In this document: piece after piece, positions 9,902 through 19,353 of the stretch
Layout of the letters: each line of letters opens with the position of its first letter
How positions within the stretch are numbered: position 1 is the stretch's first letter
Virus record (IMG/VR): IMGVR_UViG_3300032320_000131
Coordinates: 1 to 27,934 of that record
Source: a virus
Lineage: Duplodnaviria; Caudoviricetes
Length of the DNA: 27,934 nucleotides
Reading direction: 5' to 3' (one strand)
The notes under the pieces: model-generated
Databases searched by the model: none
What the model saw: the letters and a program-made list of their open reading frames with translations, nothing else
What the model was told of the DNA's origin: nothing
Translations under genes and position numbers: made by a program

Positions 9902-10851
9902 GAATTATTCCCAACAGAGACATTTGACCAATTATTGCTGCCAAAATCAGAGGCAGTCCACGAGTTATCGCTTGATGATGTAAGCGTCCAATCATTGGAA
10001 CTTGTTGTTACAGGATTCCAACTGTTTTCAGAATCACTTACAACACTCCACTCTTCACCAAGAATGCGACCAATTGCAATAATACTTGCGCTGCCAACAA
10101 TTGAGCCACTAGATACAAATACTGCATTGGCATAAGCGGAAACCTCCGCAGTACCAGTAATGCTTGCACTGGCAGAAGCAATAAATCCACCAACAGCAGA
10201 TACAGTTGCTACTCCATTAATACTACCGCTTGACGTTCTTATCCGAATAGCACCAGAAGATACGGAACCGTTACTTGTAACGCTTGCACTTGCTAGCCTA
10301 ACCCTCAAACACGCAGCAACAAGACTTCCTGTTGCATTGATAGAACCACTTGCAGTGCGAATTACCGTAGAACCGCTTGAGACGCTCGCTGTTGCGTTTA
10401 TAAAGCCACTTGATAGTCTGACCCTAAAGGCATTGCTAGAAACGATTGCAGAGCCTTGTACGGCTCCGCTAGAAAATGTTATGCGTGTTGGTGCTGCTGT
10501 TACTGTTGCAGACGATGTTACCGATCCAGATGCAAGTCTTTCTCTGAATGCGGCAGCAGTAAGTGTTCCAGTTGCGCTAATGCTTGCAGTGGAGCCTTTG
10601 ATACGTTGTGCGTCAGCGGATACAGATGCGCTTGCGCTTATTGATGCTGGATTTACATCAATTATGCAGCAGGTATCCCAGATTGCATCGTCTAGCGAAA
10701 ACGCTAGTGTGTCGATGTTTCCAAAGTAATCTAGCTGCTCAAGTACCCACGGCCCGCATACCCTATCCGAGTACCAAGTGTTATCCAGCGAATACCCAAG
10801 AGAATCCAAATTCCCACGGGAATCCAGTTCTTCGAGGGTAAGCGGAATCAT
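9886..10851 (-). CDS. Ser/Ala/Thr-rich repeat virion protein, 321 aa
   Basis: About ten 20-aa repeats (R-x-R-x-x-SGS-I/V-x-A-x-A-x-V-x-A) followed by six Trp residues spaced exactly 10 aa apart. Confidence 0.7.
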   Translation of the reverse strand: MIPLTLEELDSRGNLDSLGYSLDNTWYSDRVCGPWVLEQLDYFGNIDTLAFSLDDAIWDTCCIIDVNPASISASASVSADAQRIKGSTASISATGTLTAAAFRERLASGSVTSSATVTAAPTRITFSSGAVQGSAIVSSNAFRVRLSSGFINATASVSSGSTVIRTASGSINATGSLVAACLRVRLASASVTSNGSVSSGAIRIRTSSGSINGVATVSAVGGFIASASASITGTAEVSAYANAVFVSSGSIVGSASIIAIGRILGEEWSVVSDSENSWNPVTTSSNDWTLTSSSDNSWTASDFGSNNWSNVSVGNNSWQQQ

Positions 10852-11234
10852 GCAAGCGTCACACTCAAACTACCGATGGCAATCTTAAAGATGTCGCCAG
10901 ATTCGATAGCCTTTGAGGTATCCAGAGGAGTGTGGAACAGCATATTGCCCGTCGAGACCGCATCCCAAATGCCAATATGTGACACGGTTCCCCACGAGCC
11001 AGTAGCCTGCGGGAACTCAACTGCTGCGCTATTGGTAGACACACCATTGGAAGGCGCAGCCATCGTCACAGAAGTGCGGGCATACGAGCCACCAGAGACT
11101 TCAGTGCCAGTGCCAGCGTCAGTCGGGTCTGCGGTATGCAGAGAGACGAAGCAAGTGGTCGGGCTGGTGTACGAGGTATTGCGAAGAACTGCGTTAATCA
11201 TCGCATTCTCCAGATAATTTGACATTTCAGACAT
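10848..11234 (-). CDS. Conserved phage structural protein (tail/fibre-associated), 128 aa
   Basis: SNYLEN..LHTADP..TEVSGGSYAR..FPQATGSWGTVSHIGIWDA pattern typical of phage morphogenesis modules; AGGAG RBS. Confidence 0.7.
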   Translation of the reverse strand: MSEMSNYLENAMINAVLRNTSYTSPTTCFVSLHTADPTDAGTGTEVSGGSYARTSVTMAAPSNGVSTNSAAVEFPQATGSWGTVSHIGIWDAVSTGNMLFHTPLDTSKAIESGDIFKIAIGSLSVTLA

Positions 11235-11243
11235 TTTTAACTC

Positions 11244-11864
11244 CTATCGGTTGGCTACAGAGATGGCAAGCGGTGAAGCAGAATACTCACCCTGGTCATC
11301 GCTGGCTTGGATGTTAGAGATTGCTCGGTCATACAGTCCAGCCCATACCTGCACACGAGCATCATTCATCAGATATGGTTCTGCTTCTGCCAGTGATCCA
11401 TAGAGCATTGCATCTGGGCAGTTGGCAAGGAATACGTTTGAAGTATTTGAGTCGCTCAGAAATGTCGGACTGGCGTAATACAACATTTGAATTGTGTACA
11501 CAGCATCAGGAATCGGAGCAAACTGGAATTCACTTGCTAGGATTGTGTATTGACGCGGTACGCCTGCTTCAGCAGAACGTGAGTTGCGATAGAACGCACT
11601 AGGGGCCAAATACTCAACCGGATAAACCGGATTGCCATCCAAATGAATCTCACGCAATTGCAGGAAATCTGACGGCAGTGCCACCGTAGAGTCACCAGCA
11701 GTAGTTGTAGTGGTCACAACCTTGAGCATCTGACGGATACGCAGTTCTCGGCGCATACGTTGTTCTGCAAGTTGAATGAAGTCAGGGATGACAGACGTTA
11801 GATCAGAACGTGCCAGATAATTGGCAACAGTAGTCTTTAGGTCTGAGTAGTTACTTAGGGCCAT
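11244..11864 (-). CDS. Head-tail adaptor protein, 206 aa
   Basis: NYSDLKTTVANYLARSDL..IPDFIQLAE..ALPSDFL..PDAMLYGSLAEA pattern; position downstream of capsid. Confidence 0.75.
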   Translation of the reverse strand: MALSNYSDLKTTVANYLARSDLTSVIPDFIQLAEQRMRRELRIRQMLKVVTTTTTAGDSTVALPSDFLQLREIHLDGNPVYPVEYLAPSAFYRNSRSAEAGVPRQYTILASEFQFAPIPDAVYTIQMLYYASPTFLSDSNTSNVFLANCPDAMLYGSLAEAEPYLMNDARVQVWAGLYDRAISNIQASDDQGEYSASPLAISVANR

Positions 11865-12528
11865 TATTGAATTCCTTTAGCGTTTCGTCTTCTACATCTT
11901 CCCAACGGTGTTCTCGCGCTCCAACGTGACCAATGTGCATCGACAGTTCGTGGTCAACATAAGTGTCATATCCAGAGTCTTGAGCCTTAATGCAGAAATG
12001 CACATCTTCGCCAATAATCCCACTCTTGCCCCACGGAGCATCAAACCAAGGTTTCGGCACAGACTTAAACACTTCCTTGCGAATCAACACAGCACCAAAA
12101 CCAATTGCCGTAACCTTCTCAATTCCTTGCTTGCCACGACTATCAATCTTTTCCCACCAGTGAATCTTTTTGCCATCCTCTTCTTCAATGTGCAGATTTA
12201 GTGCAGTAGGAAGAATCGGTGGTCTGCGAGTTGTTGCATTAACTCCACAAATGCCAACCTCTCGGCTAAGAAGGATATTAACCATATCCTTCGGAAATCT
12301 CATATCGCTATCAATGAAAAGAACTGCGTCGCAGCCCTCGTTCAGAGCAATATCAACAAGTTTCTCGCGCTGATCAAAAATCAATGTTCCAGGCATCGTA
12401 TACATCATCAAACCATGCCCTTCTTTAGTGCAGCGAGTCTTTACGTCATAAGCAACCATCTTCGCAAAATCAAACGCAAAACTGGTCATAACCTCGTCAC
12501 GGCACGGTACGCACACTCCGACTTTCAT
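11851..12528 (-). CDS. GT-A fold (GT2-like) glycosyltransferase, 225 aa
   Basis: N-terminal VCVP strand, LFIDSD (DxD), GFGAVLIRKEVF, GEDVHFC and HIGH motifs. Confidence 0.8.
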   Translation of the reverse strand: MKVGVCVPCRDEVMTSFAFDFAKMVAYDVKTRCTKEGHGLMMYTMPGTLIFDQREKLVDIALNEGCDAVLFIDSDMRFPKDMVNILLSREVGICGVNATTRRPPILPTALNLHIEEEDGKKIHWWEKIDSRGKQGIEKVTAIGFGAVLIRKEVFKSVPKPWFDAPWGKSGIIGEDVHFCIKAQDSGYDTYVDHELSMHIGHVGAREHRWEDVEDETLKEFNNGPK

Positions 12529-12842
12529 AGATTCCCTCTGTAAGTTTTGCAGGCAATGCCAATTTCAGTTGTGTTCAACCATTTGGCAAATGCAGTGTCA
12601 TCAACAATCGCAAATCCACGCATCACACCCATTTTATTTAAATCGTCAATGACTGTGTTCGGGATACGCGCTACATGGTGCATCTCATCTAAAAAGTCTG
12701 TTCGTTGCTTGTCTGCCTCCAAGTCAATCTTGTTTTGCTCAAGAATGTTTGAAATATCCTGAGAAGTTTCAGTCACAACCATGTCATCTATGGTATGAAA
12801 CTTCTGAACCCTAGTGCCATCGTTAAAGATGATCTTTGACAT
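12525..12842 (-). CDS. Hypothetical phage protein after major capsid gene, 105 aa
   Basis: GAGGA RBS; ATGA-coupled to the glycosyltransferase gene. Confidence 0.7.
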   Translation of the reverse strand: MSKIIFNDGTRVQKFHTIDDMVVTETSQDISNILEQNKIDLEADKQRTDFLDEMHHVARIPNTVIDDLNKMGVMRGFAIVDDTAFAKWLNTTEIGIACKTYRGNL

Positions 12843-12853
12843 TTAATCCTCAC

Positions 12854-12880
12854 AAAAATGGGGAGGGTTTCCCCTCCCCA
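12854..12880 (-). terminator. Rho-independent terminator after major capsid gene
   Basis: Minus strand TGGGGAGGG-GAAA-CCCTCCCCA-TTTTT: 9-bp stem, GNRA loop, U-tract. Confidence 0.85.
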
Positions 12881-12891
12881 CCTCTACATCA

Positions 12892-13839
12892 TTACAGGCT
12901 CATATCCAAGTCAGCAATGAGGCCGTGAGCGGCTTCATTCTTAACTTCAAGCGTGCATTCGACCAGCAACTGAGTCTTGTCGCTATCGCCAGCCTTAGCC
13001 AGTTCGTTAGTCTGAAACGGACGAAGGTACGCAACAGCAGCGTATTCCGGATCAAGAACCAGAGCATCACGAGCACGCATAAAGCGGTTCGGAACCACCG
13101 ACATCGTGCCGAAGTCGCTCATGTAAACGTCAGCCGCACCAATGATGGTAGTCGGCTTGTTCGACGGAGCCATGAAGCGTTGAGCAGCGATACCAGCAAA
13201 ACCCGAGACCTTCTGCTTACCCGACGGGCCAACCATCAGCACCTTCGGATTGCCACCAGCGGTAAACACGTTAGCAACGCAATCCTTCAGCAGTTGCTCA
13301 GTGAAAGTACGTTGCGTACCGTCGGTACGGGTCGAGACACCGATGGTGGTCGGGTTGTTGGTAGCGGTAACAACGCTAGTGTTGGTCTTCAGCCACGAGA
13401 GCAGCGAACCCATCTTACGAGCCGACGAGTTCGACGAACCAGCGGTTTGACCTTGGTTAGCCAGCAGGATGGTTTCCAGATCGCGCTTGATTTCAGCCGA
13501 TGCCTTAGCCAGTTGATAAGCCTTTTCCGACTTACGGCCAGCCTTGTTCACTGCATCCAGAGTGCCAGAGACCTTGATGGTCTTTTGCAGAATCTGGGTG
13601 TAGTTGCCCAAGCGAACGGTAGCCGACAGGGTAGCGTCCGAAGCGTCAGCACCTTCAACAGCAGCGTTGTTGGTGGTAGCAGCGGCCAGGCTGTCAGTCT
13701 GCCATTCGTGATAAACGTTGGTGGCCTTGGTACGGCCAACCGACGATTGGAACGGAGTGTCAGTCGGGGAAATGTTGTAGATAACGTCTGCGAGGTCTTC
13801 GCGGATGCCCTTGGCATCGTAAGCATTCCAAATAGCCAT
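12892..13839 (-). CDS. Major capsid protein (DUF5309/SU10-like), 315 aa
   Basis: GIREDLADVIYNISPTDTPF..HEWQTDSL..NYTQI..YMSDFG..LAKAGD motifs; AAGGAG RBS; strong codon bias; follows scaffold. Confidence 0.92.
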   Translation of the reverse strand: MAIWNAYDAKGIREDLADVIYNISPTDTPFQSSVGRTKATNVYHEWQTDSLAAATTNNAAVEGADASDATLSATVRLGNYTQILQKTIKVSGTLDAVNKAGRKSEKAYQLAKASAEIKRDLETILLANQGQTAGSSNSSARKMGSLLSWLKTNTSVVTATNNPTTIGVSTRTDGTQRTFTEQLLKDCVANVFTAGGNPKVLMVGPSGKQKVSGFAGIAAQRFMAPSNKPTTIIGAADVYMSDFGTMSVVPNRFMRARDALVLDPEYAAVAYLRPFQTNELAKAGDSDKTQLLVECTLEVKNEAAHGLIADLDMSL

Positions 13840-13851
13840 GATTATTTCTCC

Positions 13852-14805
13852 TTAAAGGAATCGTTCAAATAGTGTGGCAGCATCTTGAACCCTTCCAGAT
13901 TCACGCAGACGCGCCTTGTCTTTTTTAATCTGCTCACGCTCGGAAGTCTGAGCTTTTGAAGTGCCGGATTTAACCATTTTAGGTGCTTCACTTACCTTCT
14001 TTGTAACAGAAGGTTTGTTCTGCATGAGTTTCCGATACTGCATACCTTCGTATAGCGAGAGTACAGCGCGAGAGTCATAAACAGACGACAACTCTTGGTC
14101 AGTCCAGCCAATAGACTTGGCATATTCACGAATCTCCTGACGAATCTTTGCGCCTTTTTCCTTGTCGGCGTAGTCAGGAACAATTGCTGCAATCCTCTCT
14201 GCTTCGCTTGCAAGATGTGTCCTTAACGCATTAGCCTGATCCGCTTGTTGCATTTGAGCAATGCGGATTTGCTCGGCGTGGACTGCTTGCAGTTGCTTTT
14301 CGCGTTGAGTCTGCTCTGCAACCTTTACCGCGTAACCAATCGGGTCTGTTTCCTTGAGATACTCAATGTCTTCCTCTGGAGTGTTTAGGAAATTCTCCAG
14401 CACTTGAAGACGTTGTGCATACTGCTCCCGCAGATGTTTGGCCTCTTCAACGGCTTGACGCTCTGCTTCCAGTGCGCGACGTTGCTCGGCTACTTCTGTG
14501 GTCTTTTTTGTGTAATCAGCACCAAGTTGATAGCCTTTGATGAGTTCGTCGAGGGTGACATCCTTTTCTTCGCCAGCCGCTTTAACACGGTAACGCGGAT
14601 GTTCCTCTTCATCTTCTTCAGCATCTTCCTGATCGGACTCTTCGTAATCTTCCTCAGAATCCTCTTCAGCCTCTACTTCCTCATGTTCGACTTCCGGTTG
14701 CTCTTGCGAGTCGGACGGGTCTTCCATTAGCGAAAGCATTTGGCTTGCGGCTTCATTTACACCAATTTCTCCACTCCCGTCAGGGGTCATGGTTTGCTCA
14801 GACAT
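13852..14805 (-). CDS. Capsid scaffolding protein, 317 aa
   Basis: Very acidic N-terminus, VTLDELIKGYQLGADYTKKT motif, coiled coil, basic C-terminus; directly upstream of capsid. Confidence 0.88.
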   Translation of the reverse strand: MSEQTMTPDGSGEIGVNEAASQMLSLMEDPSDSQEQPEVEHEEVEAEEDSEEDYEESDQEDAEEDEEEHPRYRVKAAGEEKDVTLDELIKGYQLGADYTKKTTEVAEQRRALEAERQAVEEAKHLREQYAQRLQVLENFLNTPEEDIEYLKETDPIGYAVKVAEQTQREKQLQAVHAEQIRIAQMQQADQANALRTHLASEAERIAAIVPDYADKEKGAKIRQEIREYAKSIGWTDQELSSVYDSRAVLSLYEGMQYRKLMQNKPSVTKKVSEAPKMVKSGTSKAQTSEREQIKKDKARLRESGRVQDAATLFERFL

Positions 14806-14859
14806 TTTAATTGCTCCACAGTTTGCGAATCTATCGCGTTCGCATACGTTTCTCCATTA

Positions 14860-15090
14860 TTAGAGAATCTTCCAGCGTTTCTTCTCAATATCCTTCTGAG
14901 CAGCAACGCTCTTAATCCGTCCTACTATTTCATCCAATACCATTAAATTTCTAAAAGCAGACTCTCGTTGTTCAAAATCAAACTCACTTGAGTTCCTAAA
15001 CCTATCAATCTGCTCATTATGATAGTTTGCGATTATCTCTTGGAAGAATGAATCAGACAAGAGATGCTGTGCTTGCGTTGGTTTGTCCAA
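14860..15090 (-). CDS. Small conserved head-module protein, 76 aa
   Basis: TTG start at 15090 with GGAGGA RBS (MDKPTQAQHLLSDSFFQEII...EQRESAF); overlaps the end of the 720-aa gene. Confidence 0.7.
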   Translation of the reverse strand: MDKPTQAQHLLSDSFFQEIIANYHNEQIDRFRNSSEFDFEQRESAFRNLMVLDEIVGRIKSVAAQKDIEKKRWKIL

Positions 15091-17215
15091 CCTGTCCTCC
15101 CATAATCGGTGTGCCAAGCAAAGTTTGTAGTGGAATGTCTCCGAGCCTATTTATCAGATCATAACCAAGATACTGACCAGCCCCCAGACCACCACGACGA
15201 TACAAATTCATAAACGCATTAAAGTCAAATCCTGGGCCAGCAGTACCAAAAATAGCCGGATTAAACCTAATATCAGGCGACAATACAGTTGGTTTTACAG
15301 GAGGGACTGTTGGCGGGTTAATAATGCTAGGAATTGTAGACGCGACGCCAATCGTTGTAATTGGATTCTTAATTGCAGCAGTCACAGCATCGTCAATAAT
15401 TTTCTTTGCATCACCAATAAAAGTGCCACCATTATTGATTGCTGAAGGATACTCTCCGCTGCCAGTGGTAACTGTATTCCCACCAATAGGAGGAGAAATA
15501 TACCTATCTAGGTATGTATTTACTCCGCTTACATCAGGAACAGTGCCGCCTCCAACTGGGGTAGGAATAAAATCTTCCGGATTGATTTTTAATCCAATTC
15601 CACCAACATTAGGATTGAAACCTATGCCACCGAATGTTCCAGGGGCAGGAGTGGGAATTGATTGGAGCGTGCCACCACCAACAGGAGTACGAATAAATCC
15701 TTCTTGCATATTCGGAGTCAATCGCAGTCCAGCTCCAGTATCGTCTAGCAATCCGGTAATAGTTTGACCAGGACGGAATGTTGCTCCAGTTACATCATCA
15801 ACCACCCCACCAGTAGCAGCTGCGATATCGTCAACCGTCGTGGCAATCCCACTGTTCGTCATTAACGTTGCGGCAGCATTTGCTTGAGAAACTGTAGGCT
15901 GACCAATGCCACTGACAAATTTGTTAAGCGTGTCAATAGTTGATTGCGACATAGTGATGCCATTCTTGGCTAGGACATTGCCAAGACCACCATTTTGACC
16001 GATATACCCACCAGCAGCACCTCCGGCTGCTCCAAGCAGTCCACCAGTCAAAATATCGTTACCAGTAATTGCAGCAGTACCAGCGCCAACCAGTCCACCA
16101 GCAGCAGCAAGACTTCCAATAGTTGATCCGGCCCCGTAAGCAGCACCAGCAGCAGGCAGGAATGATCCACCAGCAAATACGCTACCCAGACCAGGAACCA
16201 AAAGAGAACCAGCAATGCCAAGAGCAATCGCGCCCAAAGTGCCGATACCCTCTTTGGTATTTATTGACTGGTAGGTATTGCTGGCCTCTACGATTGTTCC
16301 GTCTGGCTTCTGGATGTAGTAAGTGGTCAATGATCGACCATCACCAACATTTGTTTTGTCAGAATAAACAGTGCCAAGATTGGTGCTAAGACCACCATTG
16401 TTCTTTACCTGTTTCAAGCCTTCTGTGGTAGTCGGTGCGCCAGCCTCTAGTGCGCTGATAATCTTTAGTGCTTCGGCAGGATGTTTTGCACCAAGCAATT
16501 TCGCATCTGCTACTGTTGGGTTATCCATCTGCGACAGATTGTTGAGTACATAAACTCCAGAAAAACCAGAACCAACGCCCTTCTTATTGGTTGATTGCGT
16601 CAATCCATTTTGATTCATGAATTGCACGGCACTAGAGATTTCTTGCGCGGTGCTATTTACCACATTTGCAGCATTTCCAGAGAAATCTTGCGATAGCAGA
16701 CCAGATACAACCTTACCGCCAAGAGTCGGTACGAATCCTGTTGATTTGGCTTTAGCAAGTTCTGCTTTGTTTTGCTGTTCCATCAACTTTACTGCTGCTG
16801 TGATCTCAGCCTTCGTAAGTCCTGCTTGCTTTGCTTCTGTCTTAAAAATAGATATTTCAGCCTGACCAGCCTTCTGAAGTGAGCCAAGCGTTGCCTTGTC
16901 AGCAACAGTTTGGCTGGCAATCAAATTAGCCGGAGTGGAAACAGGAGCAGGAGCAGGAGCAGGAGCAGCAACCTCACGAATATCAACTGGGCTTATTCCA
17001 GTTCCTGCTGGTGCGGCATAGACATTGATAGATGGTGCTGACGGCACTTGTGCTGCTGGTGCTGCGCCAGTGACATACGGGCCGTAATCTGATGCAAGAA
17101 GAGAAGGTACAGCAATAGGAGTAGGTGCAGGAGAAATGGCAATAGGAGTCAGCTGATTAGATGAAGACCCGCTATTTTTCGCTTGATTAGCAATAATTTC
17201 CAAGACAGTTGGCAT
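15053..17215 (-). CDS. Large Gly/Ala/Thr-rich protein of unknown function, possibly virion-internal, 720 aa
   Basis: Starts 2 nt after the portal stop; Pro/Ala-rich N-terminus, central glycine-zipper hydrophobic region, repeated TPVGGGT motif. Confidence 0.7.
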   Translation of the reverse strand: MPTVLEIIANQAKNSGSSSNQLTPIAISPAPTPIAVPSLLASDYGPYVTGAAPAAQVPSAPSINVYAAPAGTGISPVDIREVAAPAPAPAPVSTPANLIASQTVADKATLGSLQKAGQAEISIFKTEAKQAGLTKAEITAAVKLMEQQNKAELAKAKSTGFVPTLGGKVVSGLLSQDFSGNAANVVNSTAQEISSAVQFMNQNGLTQSTNKKGVGSGFSGVYVLNNLSQMDNPTVADAKLLGAKHPAEALKIISALEAGAPTTTEGLKQVKNNGGLSTNLGTVYSDKTNVGDGRSLTTYYIQKPDGTIVEASNTYQSINTKEGIGTLGAIALGIAGSLLVPGLGSVFAGGSFLPAAGAAYGAGSTIGSLAAAGGLVGAGTAAITGNDILTGGLLGAAGGAAGGYIGQNGGLGNVLAKNGITMSQSTIDTLNKFVSGIGQPTVSQANAAATLMTNSGIATTVDDIAAATGGVVDDVTGATFRPGQTITGLLDDTGAGLRLTPNMQEGFIRTPVGGGTLQSIPTPAPGTFGGIGFNPNVGGIGLKINPEDFIPTPVGGGTVPDVSGVNTYLDRYISPPIGGNTVTTGSGEYPSAINNGGTFIGDAKKIIDDAVTAAIKNPITTIGVASTIPSIINPPTVPPVKPTVLSPDIRFNPAIFGTAGPGFDFNAFMNLYRRGGLGAGQYLGYDLINRLGDIPLQTLLGTPIMGGQVGQTNASTASLV

Positions 17216-17217
17216 GA

Positions 17218-19353
17218 TTAACCCCTCAATTGCATCAATACATTATTAAGAACTCCTGCGGCTTCACTTTGTTTGTCCAGACGTTCTTGTGCAGTTTCCA
17301 GTGCGGCAATGAACTGCTGGCGCTCAGATAGAGCCATTTCACGTTCTGAGATTGCATTGTCAGACAGTAGTTTGGCCTGCTCCAGTTGCAGCTTCACTGC
17401 GTTCTTCTCACGCTCAATTTCCAATTTGGCTTGCTGGATAGCAATGTCAGCAATAGCCTGCTCTCGATTGGCTTGCAGTTTTGCAGTCTCCACTTGGATA
17501 TCGGCTTGCAGTTTTGCTGCATCAGTCTGTGCTCGCAGTTGAGCCTTCTGCTGTTCAATCTGTGCAATGACCATTGTCGGATCAGGTTGCTGCTGTTGAG
17601 GCTGAGACAGTTGTGCGTCAACCTCCGGCGGGACAGGTTTAAAGAATGTGTCCGTATCCTTGAAACCAGCAGCCTCAATAAGACGGCCAAGCGTCTCACG
17701 GTACTGTCCAACAGATACCAGCGGATTGGACGGGCCATAGCCTTGCAGGATGGTCTCTTGCTTAGACATAATCATCTGGAGCATTGCCAACTGTTCCTGA
17801 CGGCTTCCAGTACCCAAGCCGACGTTGATAGATACGTCATACTCATTTGACCAGGAGCGCGGATCAAACTGAACATACTGGCCTCGCAGACGCACCACCT
17901 TTGGCTTGTCTTGGTATTGGCACAGTAGGTGCAGAATGCCCTTCATCAGACTCTTAACGCCAGTCTCAGCAAAGATGCGAGCCATCAGTTCAATCTTGCC
18001 TGCGGATGCCTGAGACATTGCAGCAACAGCAGTAGCTGTCACGTTGCTCAGGATGTCAGGATTTAGCCCTTGCTGTGCATCAGATACGCCAGTGCGTTTA
18101 GCTTGAACGCTATCCAGATACTCAAGCATCGGGAATGCCTGCGAGGCTACGTTAGCCACAGTCAATTGCTGGATTGCATTGTTGTTCTTGACGCGGATAA
18201 CTCCACCAGGAGTGCTAGTCAGCAAGTCATCTAGATTTGCCTGACCATCGACAACAGTCACCCGAGCATTGTTAGTCAGGTAAAGGTTATCCAGCATCTG
18301 ACGAGTAATCGTCGTTTTAATCAATTGCAGATCAATGGTGCGGTCTGCAAGCGATTGTCCGTAGAACTTGTGCGGAATCGGAATCGGGCAGATAGAGTGA
18401 AACGGAATGTAATCACACTCTTCGTCTTCAAGAATCTCATTGCCCGCGTAAACGATGCGACGCAGTTCTGCAATGCCATCATCGTCTTCGTCGATACGAA
18501 TGTAGCACTCATAGACTTCAACCTCTTGCATCGCCATATCAAGCGACTGTGTATCGTCAGGCATCTCAGAGCGGTCATAACGTGCCAGACGTTCCTGCGA
18601 GTATTGCAGGCGATCGCCACTCGGCAGAGCATCAACGATGTCCTGCTCAAAGCCCATAGCAACCAGTTCGCTGCGGGTAATCATTCGACGGTGGGCGCAG
18701 AACGGAGTGTCTTGCACAGTCCGACCATTCTTTGACATCAAGAACTCTTCGGGTGGCACGTTCTCAATGACAATACCGCCCTCACCGACCTTCTTCTGGA
18801 CCTTGACCGAGTGCTTGCGATAGACCATACCCATCGGGTCAATCACTTCCTCCGTGTCCTGCTCGACAATCTCTACAGAATCATCAGATAGCAGCAGCAC
18901 CAGTTCGTCATCAGTGAGGTCTTTGTACTTTTCCTTGGTGACGCTAGTCTCGTCGTTCCAGTAAGCCTTAACGATGCCAGTCTTCTGTAGCAGAGCATCC
19001 TTGAACCAGTTGTGCAGGATCAGGAATCCGTCGTTTTGGCGATAGAACACCCAATTGGCATATTCGGTAGCCTGCTTGGCAAACTGTTCGTCGCCTGGCG
19101 ACTTAGGCTCAAATGCGACCACATCGTCAGTAGAAGTAAACACGCGCATTAACTGAGGCAATGCACCGTCAACTGCTTCTGCTACCTCACCAGTGACAAT
19201 CTGTGAGCGGCCCTCAATCTCATTACCCATCGGATTCCGCAGGTAATAATTCATCGCCTTCGTGCGTTCATCGGTTGTATCCGTCTCCAGATAACCGATT
19301 GCATCATCTATTTCGCTTTCAAGAATGGCCTTCACTTGAATGTCAGTAATCAT
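17218..19353 (-). CDS. Portal protein (P22/SU10-like), 711 aa
   Basis: ATGA overlap with TerL stop; WFKDALLQKTGIVKAYW, IENVPPEEF, PHKFYGQS, DVSINVGLG motifs; long C-terminal coiled coil. Confidence 0.92.
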   Translation of the reverse strand: MITDIQVKAILESEIDDAIGYLETDTTDERTKAMNYYLRNPMGNEIEGRSQIVTGEVAEAVDGALPQLMRVFTSTDDVVAFEPKSPGDEQFAKQATEYANWVFYRQNDGFLILHNWFKDALLQKTGIVKAYWNDETSVTKEKYKDLTDDELVLLLSDDSVEIVEQDTEEVIDPMGMVYRKHSVKVQKKVGEGGIVIENVPPEEFLMSKNGRTVQDTPFCAHRRMITRSELVAMGFEQDIVDALPSGDRLQYSQERLARYDRSEMPDDTQSLDMAMQEVEVYECYIRIDEDDDGIAELRRIVYAGNEILEDEECDYIPFHSICPIPIPHKFYGQSLADRTIDLQLIKTTITRQMLDNLYLTNNARVTVVDGQANLDDLLTSTPGGVIRVKNNNAIQQLTVANVASQAFPMLEYLDSVQAKRTGVSDAQQGLNPDILSNVTATAVAAMSQASAGKIELMARIFAETGVKSLMKGILHLLCQYQDKPKVVRLRGQYVQFDPRSWSNEYDVSINVGLGTGSRQEQLAMLQMIMSKQETILQGYGPSNPLVSVGQYRETLGRLIEAAGFKDTDTFFKPVPPEVDAQLSQPQQQQPDPTMVIAQIEQQKAQLRAQTDAAKLQADIQVETAKLQANREQAIADIAIQQAKLEIEREKNAVKLQLEQAKLLSDNAISEREMALSERQQFIAALETAQERLDKQSEAAGVLNNVLMQLRG

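Noticed and set aside
12925-13872. 315-aa plus-strand ORF antisense to the major capsid gene
   Set aside because: It mirrors the capsid codons in register, has no RBS or motifs, and is explained by the codon bias of a highly expressed gene.
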